In this document: positions 15,290 through 29,105 of the stretch, piece by piece
Layout: the number at the start of each line of letters is the position of its first letter
Position numbering within the stretch: the first letter of the stretch is position 1
Assembly: GCF_002571385.2 (NCBI RefSeq)
Contig: NW_019217786.1
Span: 572,365 to 636,364 of the forward strand
Length of the DNA: 64,000 nt
DNA from: Stylophora pistillata
Lineage: Eukaryota
Direction: 5' to 3'
Notes under the pieces: model-generated
The model's input: the letters and a program-made list of their open reading frames with translations, nothing else
Told to the model about the DNA's origin: nothing
Databases searched by the model: none
Made by a program: the position numbers and the translations under genes

Positions 15290-17711
15290 ATCTGTATCTT
15301 TCTACTGTAGTGTCGTCTACTATAGTGAGAAAATGTTCTACCTTGAATGAGTCGCTTTTGACCTTCCAACGGTGTAAATTCTCCGAACGAATGAAAAAAG
15401 TTCGCCGACGACAAGAACATATCATGTCGCAGTCATAATTCGCATGATCTGATTGGCTAGGAAGACAATACAACTCAGTCTCTTGGCAACAGCACGAGAG
15501 TAAGGGGTGACAGGATATCATTACGGCCAATGACATGATGGGTTTTTATCAGCCCACATCCCGCCCACAATTCGTAAACAGATGAAGTAAAATTTCATAT
15601 TTCATGAATTGCCTTAGCTTCCTGTGTTTGGGGTTGTATGTATTCCCCGTCAGAAAATAGCCAGGCTTCCGAAAAAATACTTTATGTGGTGACCAAGATT
15701 CCCAAAGAGGTTTGATCTATTCCTGGAAAGTTGACGCAGCACTAAGATCATTAGGGAACGTGCGTCAATAATTTAGATCGAAGGCGTAAGATAGCATTAT
15801 CAGCCCTCGTGCATCGCATTATTCATGAACACAAAGGGCGAAATGAAAGGAGTTTTGAACGTTTAACTGACGTCAGAGATTACAGGAGTTTCATTTGTAT
15901 TCAGACAAAACTGCTAGAATTGTTCTCGAGTTCTATGAAAATAACCTGCTTCAACCAATGCTCAATAGGAGAGGAAGTTTCACTGGCAAATTAATAACAT
16001 TGGGATCGATGTCGGAAACTCCTGTTTTTAATTCCGAAATTTCCCATCGGATCGTTCGAAGAACTCGAAATCTCCCTTGTGTACTGAATCGAGGAAAAGG
16101 TATTCGTTGGAGTAAAAATGTACAAATGAGAATCAAAAACTCTCCGCTCCCAGAGTAAAAGATAAATTTAAAAGAAATAAAATTTGAATCACATCGGAAC
16201 TTAACTTCAATCTTTTTTAAGTATATCCTAAAAAACCTTCAAATCATTTGTACATGTACAAAGTACTACGCTAACCTTCAAAATATTCAAATGTAAATCA
16301 TGGACCCAGAAGTAAAAACTTAATTCAAGATAAAAATCTTCTGCAATAAACAAAATAAATAACCTGGATCAGACGAAAATTTTGTCACGACATTATATCA
16401 AGTTCCTTCCTTCTACGTCAAGGATCGTTTTCAATGGCAAACAAGGCTCTAAAATTTACATGTCAGCGACTTAACACTTCCTAGATCAGTTATTTTATTC
16501 AATTTTTTCATCAGACTTCTCTGATTCTTTTCGCTAAAATGGATGCGTCAGCGCAATGATAGTACTAAAAAATAATTCATTCCTTAGCTGGATATATTTG
16601 TTACTCAATATAGTTGTGGGAACTCATGATTTTGTATCGATTTACACACAAGTTACTTGAGCCATGTGTGAAAGTGAATCTACAGAAATAGACTGTCAGT
16701 GGTACGAACACATCCTTGGGGACCTTTCATTGTTCAGTTTATTTTCGTCACAAGTCTATTATTAGTTTCAACTGCCAGAGCGTGTGAAAGATTTCGTTAA
16801 AGATTTGTTATCAGGCTGATACGGATAAATTAAGAAACAAATAAGAATTATTTCAACCATCAAAGAAAAACGTTTGAAATACCCGGAGACTCTTCACATT
16901 GACTGACTTCCTACAAGTCACAACGCGTTAATTTCCAAAAATAACTTTATTCCTATTCATATATTCATAGGACAGTTTGTTGTTCTTAATTCTTTTTAAT
17001 AAATTTTTAACGCTTCTAGATTTGATCTAACCGCACTTGTAATTTATTAGTAGTAATTACCATGGATCAATCGTAGAAAAGCCCAAGTTGAAACAATGTC
17101 AATCTAAATGAAGAAACTGAAGGTTCACTGACTACGATTTGGTCTCTTTACATATTCGTTCTTCATGTTCGTTTCCTTCCCATGACAAAACAAATCATGT
17201 AACTTCGGTAGCCTTTAACACCTCTGTGTTATCAGAAATATCATCTTGTTCATATCTACCTTGTTCTAATCGCTGATATCAAACCCTTTTTCAGGCTCAA
17301 CGAGGAACAAACTCAGAAAATAGAAATATAATCCTCATTCCCACTCATCTTCATTAAGTCTGTATTAGAAACAGTTCCTTGATGTTCATGCATTTGTAGG
17401 GCATATCTAGTTTAATAGAACGCTAATCGACATTTATACTGAATAATTAAAACAACAATTTCTCTTAACTCTAAAACTACCTCTTAAAAGTGGCTAAGTT
17501 TAACGAGATATTACAAGCATGATTTGAATATGGTCCGACAACGATGTAGACTGAAGAATAATTGTTGGCCGAATCATTTCACTGCCGGAATAAATATGGT
17601 ATTTATTGCCCGAGGAGGCAATAACCGCCATGTGCCTTCCAAAAGATCATATGTGTAATTGTCGAAATTTAGTGGCAGAATCGGTTATATCTTTAAACTC
17701 AACAAAGACTC

Positions 17712-20700
17712 TTATAGACTTCCCGTGCGGTACGTACTGGCTGGAGTGTGGTAATTATTTCCATTTTCCTGTGAGGAATAATAATAAATGTGATTAATAA
17801 CATACGAAACGACTGACAAAAATACTTCCTTCAAGCAAAAACAAAACAAAAAAGCTTCACAAGAGTAAAGTGACGTCTAATCTGCTTTGGACACATATTT
17901 TGTGGTAACCACTAAAACTCATACCTTCATGTCGTGCTCCAAGACGAAGGCTGGAATTTCCAGTTGATCAGGATCAATCCAGTCATACAAGTATTGGATT
18001 CCGGACAAAAAGTGAACCTTATCTTTGATTGAGGAAGCGGTGAAAGTCGTGAAAAACCACGTAACAATTCTAACCCAAACAGTTGGATGAACTATGTAAA
18101 AGGCTTTAAGATTACGCCGATACCTTGGTACAAGGAGAGATAAGTGTTACTCAAAATGTGTCATACTAGTGTACAAATGTTTCTAACGATGTATTTTTTT
18201 TGGCTACTCTCCCGTGTTAGCAGATTTAAAATAATTGAAATTAATACAAACTCTCCCCAGCTTTAAGCAAAGTGTGAAATCAAAGTAAAATCAAAGGTGA
18301 AGAAGACTAACTTGTTATCCACCAAATGATAAATGTCTTTCAAAAATGACAATGGAGGCTGATTTTCCTCTGAACTCAGTGTATGCAAGTACACAATAAC
18401 ATAATCCCTGTTAACAATCTTGTCCAATACGGAGATAAAGTAAGCCACAGCCTGAAAAACACGAGAGCCAACAAAAATAAAATACTCACAACCTCGACCC
18501 TCTAACTGTAACACCCTTAAAACATCTCTTGAAGATATCATAGTAACAAATCTCCCACTAGAAGTATAAAAAGCTAAAAAAAACGAAAAACCTCCCCCTT
18601 TCCAAAATCTACTCGATGGTTTAACTGGAAGCAAATATTTCATCTCTACATACGTGTACCAATACTGCTTTTAGAAGTAACGCTGCACGTCGTTATGATT
18701 TGGGTTGGGCTTAGGGTTATCTGAACTTGTCTGGTGAAAATTGTTTTTGATTTTCAGTATAAGTGGTTCTCACTTCCCACTCACATACGAATCTCGCTTT
18801 TATAGAACACGAGTACTGTTTCACGGCATCATCACCGAAAATTAAGAATTCCCCTAAATACATCATTCAGTGAAAACACTTCTCGAGTAGACCACCAAGA
18901 ATACCTCTGAGAATCTCGGTTTTCCAGACAAAAAAAAAAAAAACGTAGAAAAACAATCACCACGTCTGTCTAAAGGTCAATACGATGTGTTTTGATCTGA
19001 AACACAAATTCGATCACATGGTTTAGGTGTCACTAATCGGGGGAAGGGTTTTAAGTACCAATTCTGCGGACTTTGTACCCCCGCTAAAGCATACAGGAAC
19101 AAACCTTATTCAAGTCTACACTTCTTGCTTGAAAATGCCGACCAACAAATACTATGACAGGTCTGCCAAGGAAATCCACACCTACAAAACACAGATTCAA
19201 TATTGTGTTTACTAAACTAACACCCAGATATCAGCTTCCACATCACGGAGTTTGTAAATAAGTCAGGAAGAACAAGTAAAAATTATTCACATTGAAACTC
19301 ATAGAAGGAGGATGTTTCGACTGATCCATGGATGAATGTGTTCCATCAATTTTTTATTAAATGAATAAATCTGCATTTTCTGATTGATTTAATGGCGTAA
19401 TATCAAACGCAGGGTGGTGCCAAAACGCGAGAAAAGTTTTTACATCTCGGCCGTCTTTGTGCACACTTAGAAAAAATAACAGGGCTACCTGGCTCCGCTA
19501 GCCTCTATGGTTATTCCAGGCTGCTAGTACTCCAATTTTTTTCTAATAATTTCTTTCAATTTTGTAACTTTTTCGCTTAGAGCAATTATGAATGTGAGTA
19601 TAAATAAAGATTATCCGTATCCGTATGAGAAATGCCAGCGGAAAAGAAAAATCAACCAAAAGCAAAACCTGATTGGTAGACCATCTTCAACCTGAGGAGA
19701 CTCGAAAAATCTTCTGTCCTGGCTCGACGCAGCCATCTTTGATAGCTGAAGTAAATAGGATTCAAACATAATTAAAAATTAAAAATAATAATTAAAAATA
19801 ATTAAAAATCTTCTGTCCTGGCTCGTCGCAGCCATCTTTGATAGCTGAAGTAAATAGCATTCAAACATAATTAATACTCAGTTAACACAATTATTACAGA
19901 GCAAGTCATACACTATACCAAAAGATTCAAAATCAACTAAAATTAAAGGCCACAATGCATGACAGCAACGTATGGCAGGGCTGCCCATTGCAGATGTCAT
20001 AAAATATTCCTTACACTCTCTCATGTTGAATAGCATGTTGTTCACTGGGAGATCTCTGCAGTCGTTGTCTTGTTAGTTGGTCATGGTCTCCTGCCATTGC
20101 TGTGAAGGAATGTTTGCCGACAGTAGCTGAATCCAACATGTGAATAGCACCAGCTTCTTCTGCTTCTTCTACATCAGGGTCTGCACCTGTTTTAAACACA
20201 TTCCAATCACATGTAATTCTATATTTTAGTCTCTTTAATATTCTCGCATAAATGTGTGGATATATCGGCTGACCTTGGATTTTGTGAGAAAGAAGGGTTT
20301 TATTTCTCAGAGCTAAATCAATGGAGCACAAATCTTTCCTTACCATCATCAGAGTTTCTTTGACCCAGCGGTTTATCCATTATTCTAATTTGTCTTTCAG
20401 CGATCACTGGTTCACCATTTTCATTCCCTACAAATGCAAAGATATCAAAACTGAGTTTACAATAAAGGTTGGACAGTACTCTTTGTGGTGAGTTACAAAT
20501 GAACTAACTATTTTTCTATGTCTGCATCGGTAACTTTCAAATGGCATTAAGGTTGCAACATTTTAAGATTGAAATTGAAAGAAACTAAACATGCATTAGG
20601 AATGTTATTCCTTGCTAGTTAACCATGTCAGATGTAGAATCTTAAGCAAAGAAAAGAAATACCAGAGCTCACCAATATCATCTGGAAGTTTATTCAACAC

Positions 20701-22285
20701 ATATTCCTCCTCTTCCTTGCTTCTTGGGAAGTAAAGAGGCATGACATTCTTGTATATGGCCTTCCACAGAAAGCGAAAAAAAAAAAAAAACCTTAGGATG
20801 AATGACTCAAAAAAGGGTCTTCAAAATTCACCTTCTTACCTCATCAGCATTTTCAGCAGAAAAAACAACAAGTTCAATATCAGAAAACTTTTCTAGAAAT
20901 CGTCTGACAGTTCCTGTAACCAAAATATAAAACTATCAAACCCTGCATCTGTGTTTTCTAAGTAATGCTACAAACTTATATGTAGATGTTGACACTAATC
21001 AATACATGATATAACTTTTTCAGTCTATCCAAGCTATGTAATTAAACTTTGATGGGGGTACAAAGATGTGAATAAAGAGAAAAATTAAAGAAAGACAAAA
21101 ACAAAAAATACACCAAAAAAATATAAATTGTTCAACAAGAGATACAGATAAGACAGGTTTACAGAATCCAAAATTTTTTTTCCTTTTACACAAAACAAAA
21201 TCGAAAAAATAATTCTGATACTCAAATCAGGACTTACGCAAAGCTATGTGGGCACCATCTTCAGGGGGGTAGCCTCTTCTGGATGTGTTTATTACACAAA
21301 GACCAACAGAGGTAATTCTGTTCTCTCTAAATCAAACAATATGCAACGTTAGTGACTATATGTATGATGCACGATCCTCGCAGTAGATAGCGCTATTTAA
21401 GCAATAGCGAAAATCAGACCTGAAANAAATCAGGCCTGTACGGGATTTGAACCACTGACCTCTGCGATACTAGTGCAGCGCTCTACCAATTGAGCTAACA
21501 AGCCAACTGGGAGCAGGCCGTTAAGTTGATTCGTAATAAACACGTGAAAGTGATAAATCAGATACAATGAAATATATGAAGTTCATATATTTTGAATCCC
21601 GTACAGGCCTGATTTTTTTCAGGTCTGATTTTCGCTATTGCTTAAATAGCGCTATCTACTGCGAGGATCGTGCATCATACGTATCTAACACCGCAGTTCA
21701 AAATATATGAACTTCATATATTTATTGTATCTCATTTATCACTTTCACGGGTTTATTACGAATCAACTTAACGGCCTGCACCCAGTTGGCTTGTTAGCTC
21801 AATTGGTAGAGCGCTGCACTAGTATCGCAGAGGTCAGTGGTTCGAATCCCGTACAGGCCCGATTTTCGATATTGCTTAAATAGCGCTATCTACTGCGAGG
21901 ATCGTGCATCATACGTATCTAACACCGCAGTTCAAAATATATGAACTTCATATATTTCATTGTATCTGGTTAGTGACTATGTCAGCCATTCTTATGGTAA
22001 CAATAATTTTCCCACCTTGTTTTCCCAGTCACAAGGATTAGGCACCCAATGGGTAAATGAGTCTACGGTGCTCTATGTTTTTAGACTGGGTCTTAGAAGA
22101 CTCCTATATCTTGTTACAAAGCTCATCTCTCTATAAGTAGGCTTTGTTAAGGGCTGCTTTTCGTTAAAAAGATCCCTTGGATACAAGGCAAACCCACAGA
22201 GGACTCATTTTGCAGAGCTAAAGGTGATGTAGCTGGAAGCAATCATGGGTGATGCGACTCATGAAACCAGTGGTGCAGTAATAAC

Positions 22286-22322
<37 letters not shown>

Positions 22323-25300
22323 GTTTTATTTCAACTGATAAAACTAATCAGCAATATGCTAGATTGGCTGGTATAAACTAGTGATCAGCATGATAAATAG
22401 TATCAATTAAAATCAAAGGAGAGACCCTATAAGGAACTGAAGTCTAAATTAAAAGAACAAAGTTATATATAGAAAAAAGGCTGATAGTTTCGAAAGAAAC
22501 TGTTTGGGGCTGCATTGGTGGGAGTAATGAAATAATTTGGATATATCGACAAAGTTGAAATGGTAAATTGGCCACCGTAATGATTACAAAAGCTGACGTT
22601 TCGAGTGTTAGCCCTTCGTCGGAGCGAAGGGCTAACGCTTGAAACGTCAGCTTTTGTAATCGTTATGGTGGCCAATTTACCATTTCAACTTCGTTGATAT
22701 ATCCAAACTATATATAAAAAAGCTAATACTTATTTTAAACTACATATTAAATGATTACATTTGTCGTATTCTAAAAAATATTTAAAAACTATTGCCTTAA
22801 ATTTAGATAAAGACTGTATCTCTCGAATCTCCTTAGGTAAAAGATTCCACTCCCTAGTAGCAGTACATTTAAATGACGTTTGACCTATTTTGGTCTTTGT
22901 AGCAACAATATTCAATAACGTAGAATCTCTAAGATCTCTAGTATGAAAGGCTGATCTCTTGGGGAGATAGTTCTCTAATTGCTGTGGGCAATTTAAATCA
23001 TGTACAATCTTAAAAACAAGATTAAGTCTTAAGAATCTATGTCTACTCTCTTAAGACAATAAAGAAAGCTTACTACACATTTCTTGAGAACATGTATTAT
23101 GACTTGTAGAGAGGATGGTATGCATGGCCTGATTTTGCAACCTTTCTAAACGTTGTGAGTTGTTCTTTCCACAGGTTACAATCAATCAGAAATCAATCAT
23201 CTATTTAAAACTCTGATTCTGCCAATTTTTCACAGTATAATAACTTCAGAGATACTTTCTCAATGTAAGTCTCGGAACACGCAGGTAGATGAATCACTAT
23301 CAACAGAATGTGCCACAGCAGGGAGAGTTTTCTACATCTTTTATAATCTTTTATAATTTGTATGCTTCGGATTTTAACTTGTAACATAGGAAATGTATTT
23401 TTATGCTATGAACAAATAAAGACATATTATTATTATTACTTACTTTTGAAAAACTGATCTATTACACACCACACAGACAAATACCTCTCACAAGACTCCC
23501 TAGTTTGCATTTGGTGTCCTAATAGAATTACAGACTTCAACTCACTCTTAGGTAAGTCAGGTTCAACTTTCTCTAATACACAAGTCATACAGATTGATAC
23601 TAAGCAATAACTGACAATTTTCCCAAGAAATGTCCAACAATTCTTAAATTACCCACCTCACTATTTTCATTACACTTCTGTAACAAGAGAAAAGAGCACT
23701 CTCTGCCGCAGTTTTGTATTTGATGTTGTATCGTGGACCCACGGTGTGAATAACAAATCTACAAGTTGCAAAATGAGGACAGTTTAACTCCTGAATAAAG
23801 GTAACGAGCAGTGGGATTACTGCTGCAGTTAGTTTAAGAAATCTACAGACAACACATGATAACATAATATATCATTAAAAGGAGAAAAAAGATAACAGAT
23901 GATAACATAGTATATCAAGAAAAGGAGAAAACAACTCGCCACCTTTCCATTTTGTTAATGGATAACATTTTGTTTGGGAAATTTTAATTCCAAATTAGCC
24001 AATTATATTAAGCTTATTTCAAAGATTTGCATCAACAAATCTGTATAATACTCTTATCTGTATGTTAAAAAATTTGATCTAAAAATATCCTCCCTCATCA
24101 CAGGATTTTGTTTTTTTACTCCAGTTTCAACTTCCCACATGCATCCATACCTTGATATATCCAAGCTAAACATGAAACAATTGTTAAATCATTCTTAAGC
24201 ATAGTATCAGTACTGTAAACAGTAAAACTGTGACTGAAATATTTGGTCTTGTATAGTTAGATTGGAGGTTACCATATTACATACCTTGCTGGTAGACAAT
24301 AGCCCTTTGAAATTTTAGCTTCTCCAGTTCTGCAACCTGATAACAATGAAGATATCAAGCTTCCATTTAAAATTGCAATAAAAAAATACCATCAGTTATA
24401 CATCAAAATATAACATCACAGCTTGGTTTGATGATGAACCATGGGTAAGGAAATCATAAAGAAAGAAATACATCAACCAACATGAAGCAATAAAAAAGTT
24501 AACTATGATTCTGCTCCAGAATAGCTTTAAACACATATTGTTTACTTGATGCTAAAGAACAAGAAAACAATAATCATCTCTTACCAAGTAACTGTGTTTT
24601 ACACTCCTGCAAGAGTTCTGGACCTGCTGCACGATGGATTCTTTCACTTAACATTCCTTTGCTACTTAAAGATTCATTTGTAGTGTTAACTATTGCAATA
24701 GTGTTCAGTTTAGTGATATCACCAGACCTAATAGTTAGAAAAAATAACAAAAATTATTTAAATTAGTCTCTTTTAAATGTAAAAACCCAAAGAAACAGGG
24801 AAGCATAGTAATTAGTCCCAAGCAAAAATCACCCTTTTTGGTGGTAACAAAGTAACTAAGTATACAGTAATATACAAGCCTTAGTTGGAGAGTCTGTTGC
24901 AGTTCAGTTCTATCCTTAGTTTCTTTAGCTTTAGCCAGTTATCATTAGTGATAAGATACAACCACAAAGCCCATGTAGTTTGGGCTAGCAAGTGCAAGTG
25001 TGTGCAAAAGGTCCACAAGGGGTTCTGGTACAAAAATTACAGAGTTCCCGTTAATGCACAGGTGTGCGTCTTATACGTACAAAAAATGAAAATGACACAC
25101 AGTTTTTGCCAATGTGCGTCCTCGGGATGCAGGAAAATATATTTGATATTTGAAAGAGGAAACCTGAAAGTGATACAGATCTGGGGGATGATACCCAAGT
25201 GAAGAAATGCAAATTTTGTCCTAAATGGCCGGAGGAGTTTCAATGGTTAAAATATGATTCGCTGAAAAATAAATGGTTGGTGTTGAGAAACACGAGCACA

Positions 25301-27524
25301 CTTTATTCCAAAATGACAGCTCCATTAATGCGTTAACATCTGGTCTTGGCTTTTGCCTCTCTATAAGTAACTATAAAATCAAATTTTAGTAAAAGGCAGG
25401 GGACCCCTAAAAAGCTAAAAGGATCCCCAACTTCTTGGAACTGGGGGTCCCAAGGACCCTTAACTATCAAAACTAGTGGGAACTCTGAATTAGTGCCTGC
25501 TTGGATGCTTCCATATGAAGGCATCCATATTTTAACAACTGCATAGTGAAAAGTGTAAAACTTTGCAAGCAGAATTTGAGAGAAATATAACAGCAAATCT
25601 CATATGGAGACATTTCAATCAAAGATAGCTCTTATGATCATCAATAGTCACACAAGAATTGTACACAGAGTGTACCAAAGTTGCTGAGTTTGCAGGTGCT
25701 ATTTCCGTGTTAAACATTGGACTGGAATATAAGGCTGGGTCTTAACTAAAATCTTATTTGACTTGTGAAATCTCCATGGGAGCCACAAAGAAGTATTACT
25801 GGTGATGTTCATAGACGTATGTATTCAAATGGTCTGATTTTTCAAGTCTAGTTGCAATCCATGAACGCAAAATAAAATAGAAACTTTACAAAAGGCAATC
25901 CACAGGTGCTTACAACCTGCTCTTCAACTCAAACTAAACATCAACTACCAACCACAGTTTTAACCTTGGAAAGGAACCCTTCAAACAAGAACTTGAACCA
26001 AACAAAAAAGCATCCAAGAAACCTTTGTCTCAAAGTCTCTCTTCTTAGAAATTTGGCAGGATTGAAAACTCATCATAAGAAGATAGCAAACTGTTCTCCT
26101 TTTGTAATTTATCACATGAAGCTCTATGAGCTCTATCTTTTATTATTTTGTAGACAAAGCATCATAAACCAGAATATACATTATCCCTTCAAGCCCCCCA
26201 ACTCTTCAGCTTTGCACAGTACAAGAGTAGTTGACAACAATCAATTAGAGCTGTTTAACACCTTTAAATTTCAAATTCTTTATGGTTATTCTGACTTCTA
26301 TGACTGTCCTGAAAAACATTTCTGCTCCGCCTAATAGTTTTCCCTCCTTTAACTTATCATTCCTTGTGACAGTTAGCATGCAAAATATCTTCAATTGTCT
26401 TGCCCAAACCTTCAATGTGGTCCTTGCATCTGCAAACAGTTGGAATGTAAAGCTTTAATTGCATCTTGTTGGCATTTGGGCAAAACATCACCTTTATCCA
26501 AGGGATAATTCACTGCTTTTTCCTCCTCCTCCTTTTTTATGATGGTCACATCTCTTACTCTGATCCGAAGTTTTTATATTTTAAGGTTTGGATTACTAGA
26601 AACCGTGTTTGCCTTGAATAACGAATAACCCACTAGCATACTATACTGGTAGGAAATGTTATTTCCCACCAATCAAAATGCTGCATTTGTAGACAAACAC
26701 ACCATACTCAGCAAACAATAGCCTCTTCTCACAGACTCATTTTTAAGTACCAGAACCCATACAGACCTCTTGCATGTTAACTTTGCTTGCCAGCTCCTGC
26801 AGCAGTACTAATAAGGGCCAGCTTGTAGGCTACAGTTTCATCAGGTTAATCTTAATTACAGTGACACAATACAGAGGTCAAAGACACAAATATAAAATTA
26901 AAAAAGAGGGGGGCTGCATCTTGTTCTTTTTAACCTTAACATAACTTTTCACATATTAAAGCTAATTCTTGGTGTGAGTGTAATTACCTACTAACTAATC
27001 AATTGTTGTTGTACTTCTGGGCTTCCTGGGCAAATACAGTTTTTAGAAGGTTAACATATGCGTTGTCGTTTAAACTACACCCGTAAGCAAGCCGCGACAG
27101 GATAATCTAATATTCCAAAGAGTGTAATGCAGTTGCATATATATTCTCAGATGAAAGAGGGGTGAAGCATTCTACAACGATAATTAATACCACCTACTAA
27201 CAAGCAAGTCGGACTATTAGATGGAAAATTCCCCTTGAAAACAGATAAAGAATACAACAACACACGGTGTCAAACCATGCATGCTCACTACACACCAGAA
27301 ACCTAATCAATTCATAAAAAAAAAAACGAGTTCAAATGCCTCCTAATACATTCTCACCAGAGTGCTACTTTGCTGTTGATGTCTTGCCGTACAGGAAATG
27401 GACTGTGCATCCTTCTGTCATCGGCCGGTGGAGCCGTGTCCTCATAGGCAGGAACTGGAGTTGAGCCCCATCTTGGAATGGAAATAGCGTCCACAAAACC
27501 CGCTGTCACTCCAAGGGGATCCAT
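17712..27524 (-). CDS. GDAP2: Ganglioside-induced differentiation-associated protein 2 (macro domain + CRAL-TRIO/BCH domain), 14 coding exons
   Basis: Exons 27358-27524, 24585-24727, 24285-24336, 23657-23758, 21238-21326, 20840-20913, 20673-20760, 20344-20427, 20015-20186, 19669-19745, 19105-19181, 18312-18451, 17925-18123, 17712-17768 splice in frame. They give MDPLG...ALWSGDI...GCRTGEAK...FVIHTVGP...RGYPPEDGAHIALRTVRRFLE...PLYFPRS...GEPVIAERQIRI...YQRWLRRARTED...KYRRNLKAFYIVHPT...TWFFTTF...ENG. Confidence 0.96.
19705..19873. repeat. ~69-bp tandem duplication spanning the GDAP2 intron 9 / exon 10 boundary
   Basis: 19705-19773 vs 19804-19873, 2 mismatches, AT-rich spacer. Confidence 0.9.
21433..21504 (-). 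pseudogene. tRNA-Thr(AGT)-like module inside repeat
   Basis: Reverse complement of the cloverleaf at 21788-21859. Confidence 0.7.
21788..21859 (+). pseudogene. tRNA-Thr(AGT)-like module inside repeat
   Basis: GGCTTGT/ACAGGCC acceptor stem, GCTC/GAGC D stem, CT-AGT-AT anticodon loop, GGTTCGAATCC B box. The T stem is mispaired. Confidence 0.72.
22287..23190 (-). mobile_element. 3' fragment of a LINE with adjacent (AAT)n microsatellite, interrupted by a hammerhead element
   Basis: Minus-strand peptides RLERLQNQAMHTILS and WNLLPKEIREIQSLSKFK are typical of LINE ORF2 C-termini. Confidence 0.65.
22479..22708. mobile_element. Penelope-like hammerhead inverted repeat (copy 2)
   Basis: Inverted arms ~22537-22707 containing gctgacgtttcgagtgttagcccttcg / cgaagggctaacgcttgaaacgtcagc, with the same left tail as 4268. 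Imperfect tatatata(g)aaaaaag TSD. Confidence 0.75.
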
Positions 27525-27915
27525 GACACACTAACCCGAAACTTAAACTAAATAATGTTCAGTTCCTAAACAATTTATCGCAAGATAGACTGATTTTCAC
27601 GCGATTTTCAATCGTATCAGATGTCTCTTTCGAAACACTCGGACATTGTTGGTTCCGTAAGTAAGTAATGGAATCAGCTGTATAGTTAGCCAGCGGTCAA
27701 AAAAGATCTGACTCACATAAACCTAAGTGATGTGTATCTAATTTATGCAAAGAGGTAAAGCTCCGATATGGAATGTGACGTTCCTATACCGCATATTGCA
27801 AGTCTTCCCAGGTTATCAGTCGAATGGAAACGCATCACCTCACGTACTGTTCTTCGTTACCTTCGCATCATGGAACGAGGGGTCCGGGCATCAAAAATAC
27901 AAAGTTTCGACTTAA

Positions 27916-29105
27916 GGAGGCTCGAAAGGGTTTTTTTGACCGCGGGGAGAATGGATTCCAAGATACACGCAAGCTTATTACTCGCGAGAGAGATAAGCGA
28001 TGGCGCGCGCGAGTTGTAAACAAACATGGCCGCCATGAGCGTTTCAAAATTGCCGGGTACCTCTAGCTCCATTGTTTCCAGCGGAAATGGTTATTAAAAA
28101 ACAAAAATGGAAAGTTCACTTCTTGAAAGCAGGTAGGAAATGTTCGGATGGCAGGGTTCTTGCCGAAAGTGGTCAATAAAAGTTTATTTAACAAGCTAAA
28201 GGAGGATGGTGAAGTCGACACCCCATCAATAAAGTCGTGTCGAGTGCATTCGGTAGGTCTTACTTTGTTCCGCGATAAATTTAAGTGGATACCTCTGAGT
28301 GCTACTATTTGTTTCGCATCGTATTTGACTCCTAATAAAATGAAATGACCGAGAACTTTCCTAAACAACTCACTGGAAGATGAAAAGGAAAATGAAATCA
28401 TTGTTGGATCCAGCAGGGGCCTGTTTCTCGAAAGTCCCGGTAACTTAACGGGCACGAAGCCATGTTTTAAAAGCAAAATTTAAAGGATAGGAAAGCAGGT
28501 TCTGGCACCCAAACCAGTCCTTTTTGTCTCTTTAGCCGATAGTTTTATTGTATCATTTTCAAAACTTTCGAAATCCCCATCTTGAATGAAGACAGAACAG
28601 CTTTACGGGCCCGTTAAGTTACCGGGACTTTCGAGAAACAGGCCCCTGCAGGNTTAGTTCGGTGACCTACCCTGATTTTTTGTATACAAATTATTTACAT
28701 CATTACGCATTCCTGAAGAAAATTTTAAAAAAATTTATCTAGTGGAAATTTTTTTACATTTTAAAACAGCATTTTCCTAAATAATTCAAGTTCTACTAGG
28801 TAGTTTTTTTTTATATCACGTATACAGGTAGAGAATGTGATGACGTTTAAGAAATTTGAAAAAAAAAACTAGGTCACCGACTTGGTTTTTGAGATATCTT
28901 TCAAAAACTGAGTTTTAGAGGGTCTTTTAGCACTACTGTACTGTTGCCATGGCAACAGATAATGCCTGACGAGCCCCTTAAAAGATTGCCCTAACATAGT
29001 GTTATGCATATGTCGATTTATTATCCTGATGATAAGTTTGACAGTCCTGATATCTTTTACTGATTGGCGCTTGCTGTTAATTGTTGAAAACCCTTTCGAG
29101 CCTCC
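27916..29105. mobile_element. Non-autonomous Kolobok-type DNA transposon
   Basis: TTAA|GGAGGCTCGAAAGGGTTTT ... AAAACCCTTTCGAGCCTCC|TTAA: 19-bp TIR, TTAA TSD, purine-purine start. Confidence 0.85.
28414..28648. mobile_element. Harbinger-like MITE nested in the Kolobok element
   Basis: ~40-bp TIR caggggcctgtttctcgaaagtcccggtaacttaacgggc and its inverse, with CAG on both flanks. Confidence 0.8.

Larger units (their letters stand above)
21360..21968. mobile_element. tRNA(Thr)-containing repeat with inverted plus tandem arms (copy A)
   Basis: Minus arm 21360-~21596 and plus arm 21594-21968 (1.5 units, period 250). TSD gttagtgactat at 21348-21359 and 21969-21980. Confidence 0.9.

Noticed and set aside
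15177-15536. 119-aa ORF overlapping the TENT5 start
   Set aside because: No recognisable homology, and it likely begins upstream of or near the TSS; cannot be supported as coding.
21788-21859. Functional tRNA-Thr genes
   Set aside because: The T stem is mispaired and every copy lies inside the same mobile repeat, so they are treated as tRNA-like modules.
25906-26334. 142-aa plus-strand ORF in GDAP2 intron 1
   Set aside because: Non-ATG start and no recognisable domain; possibly decayed transposon sequence.
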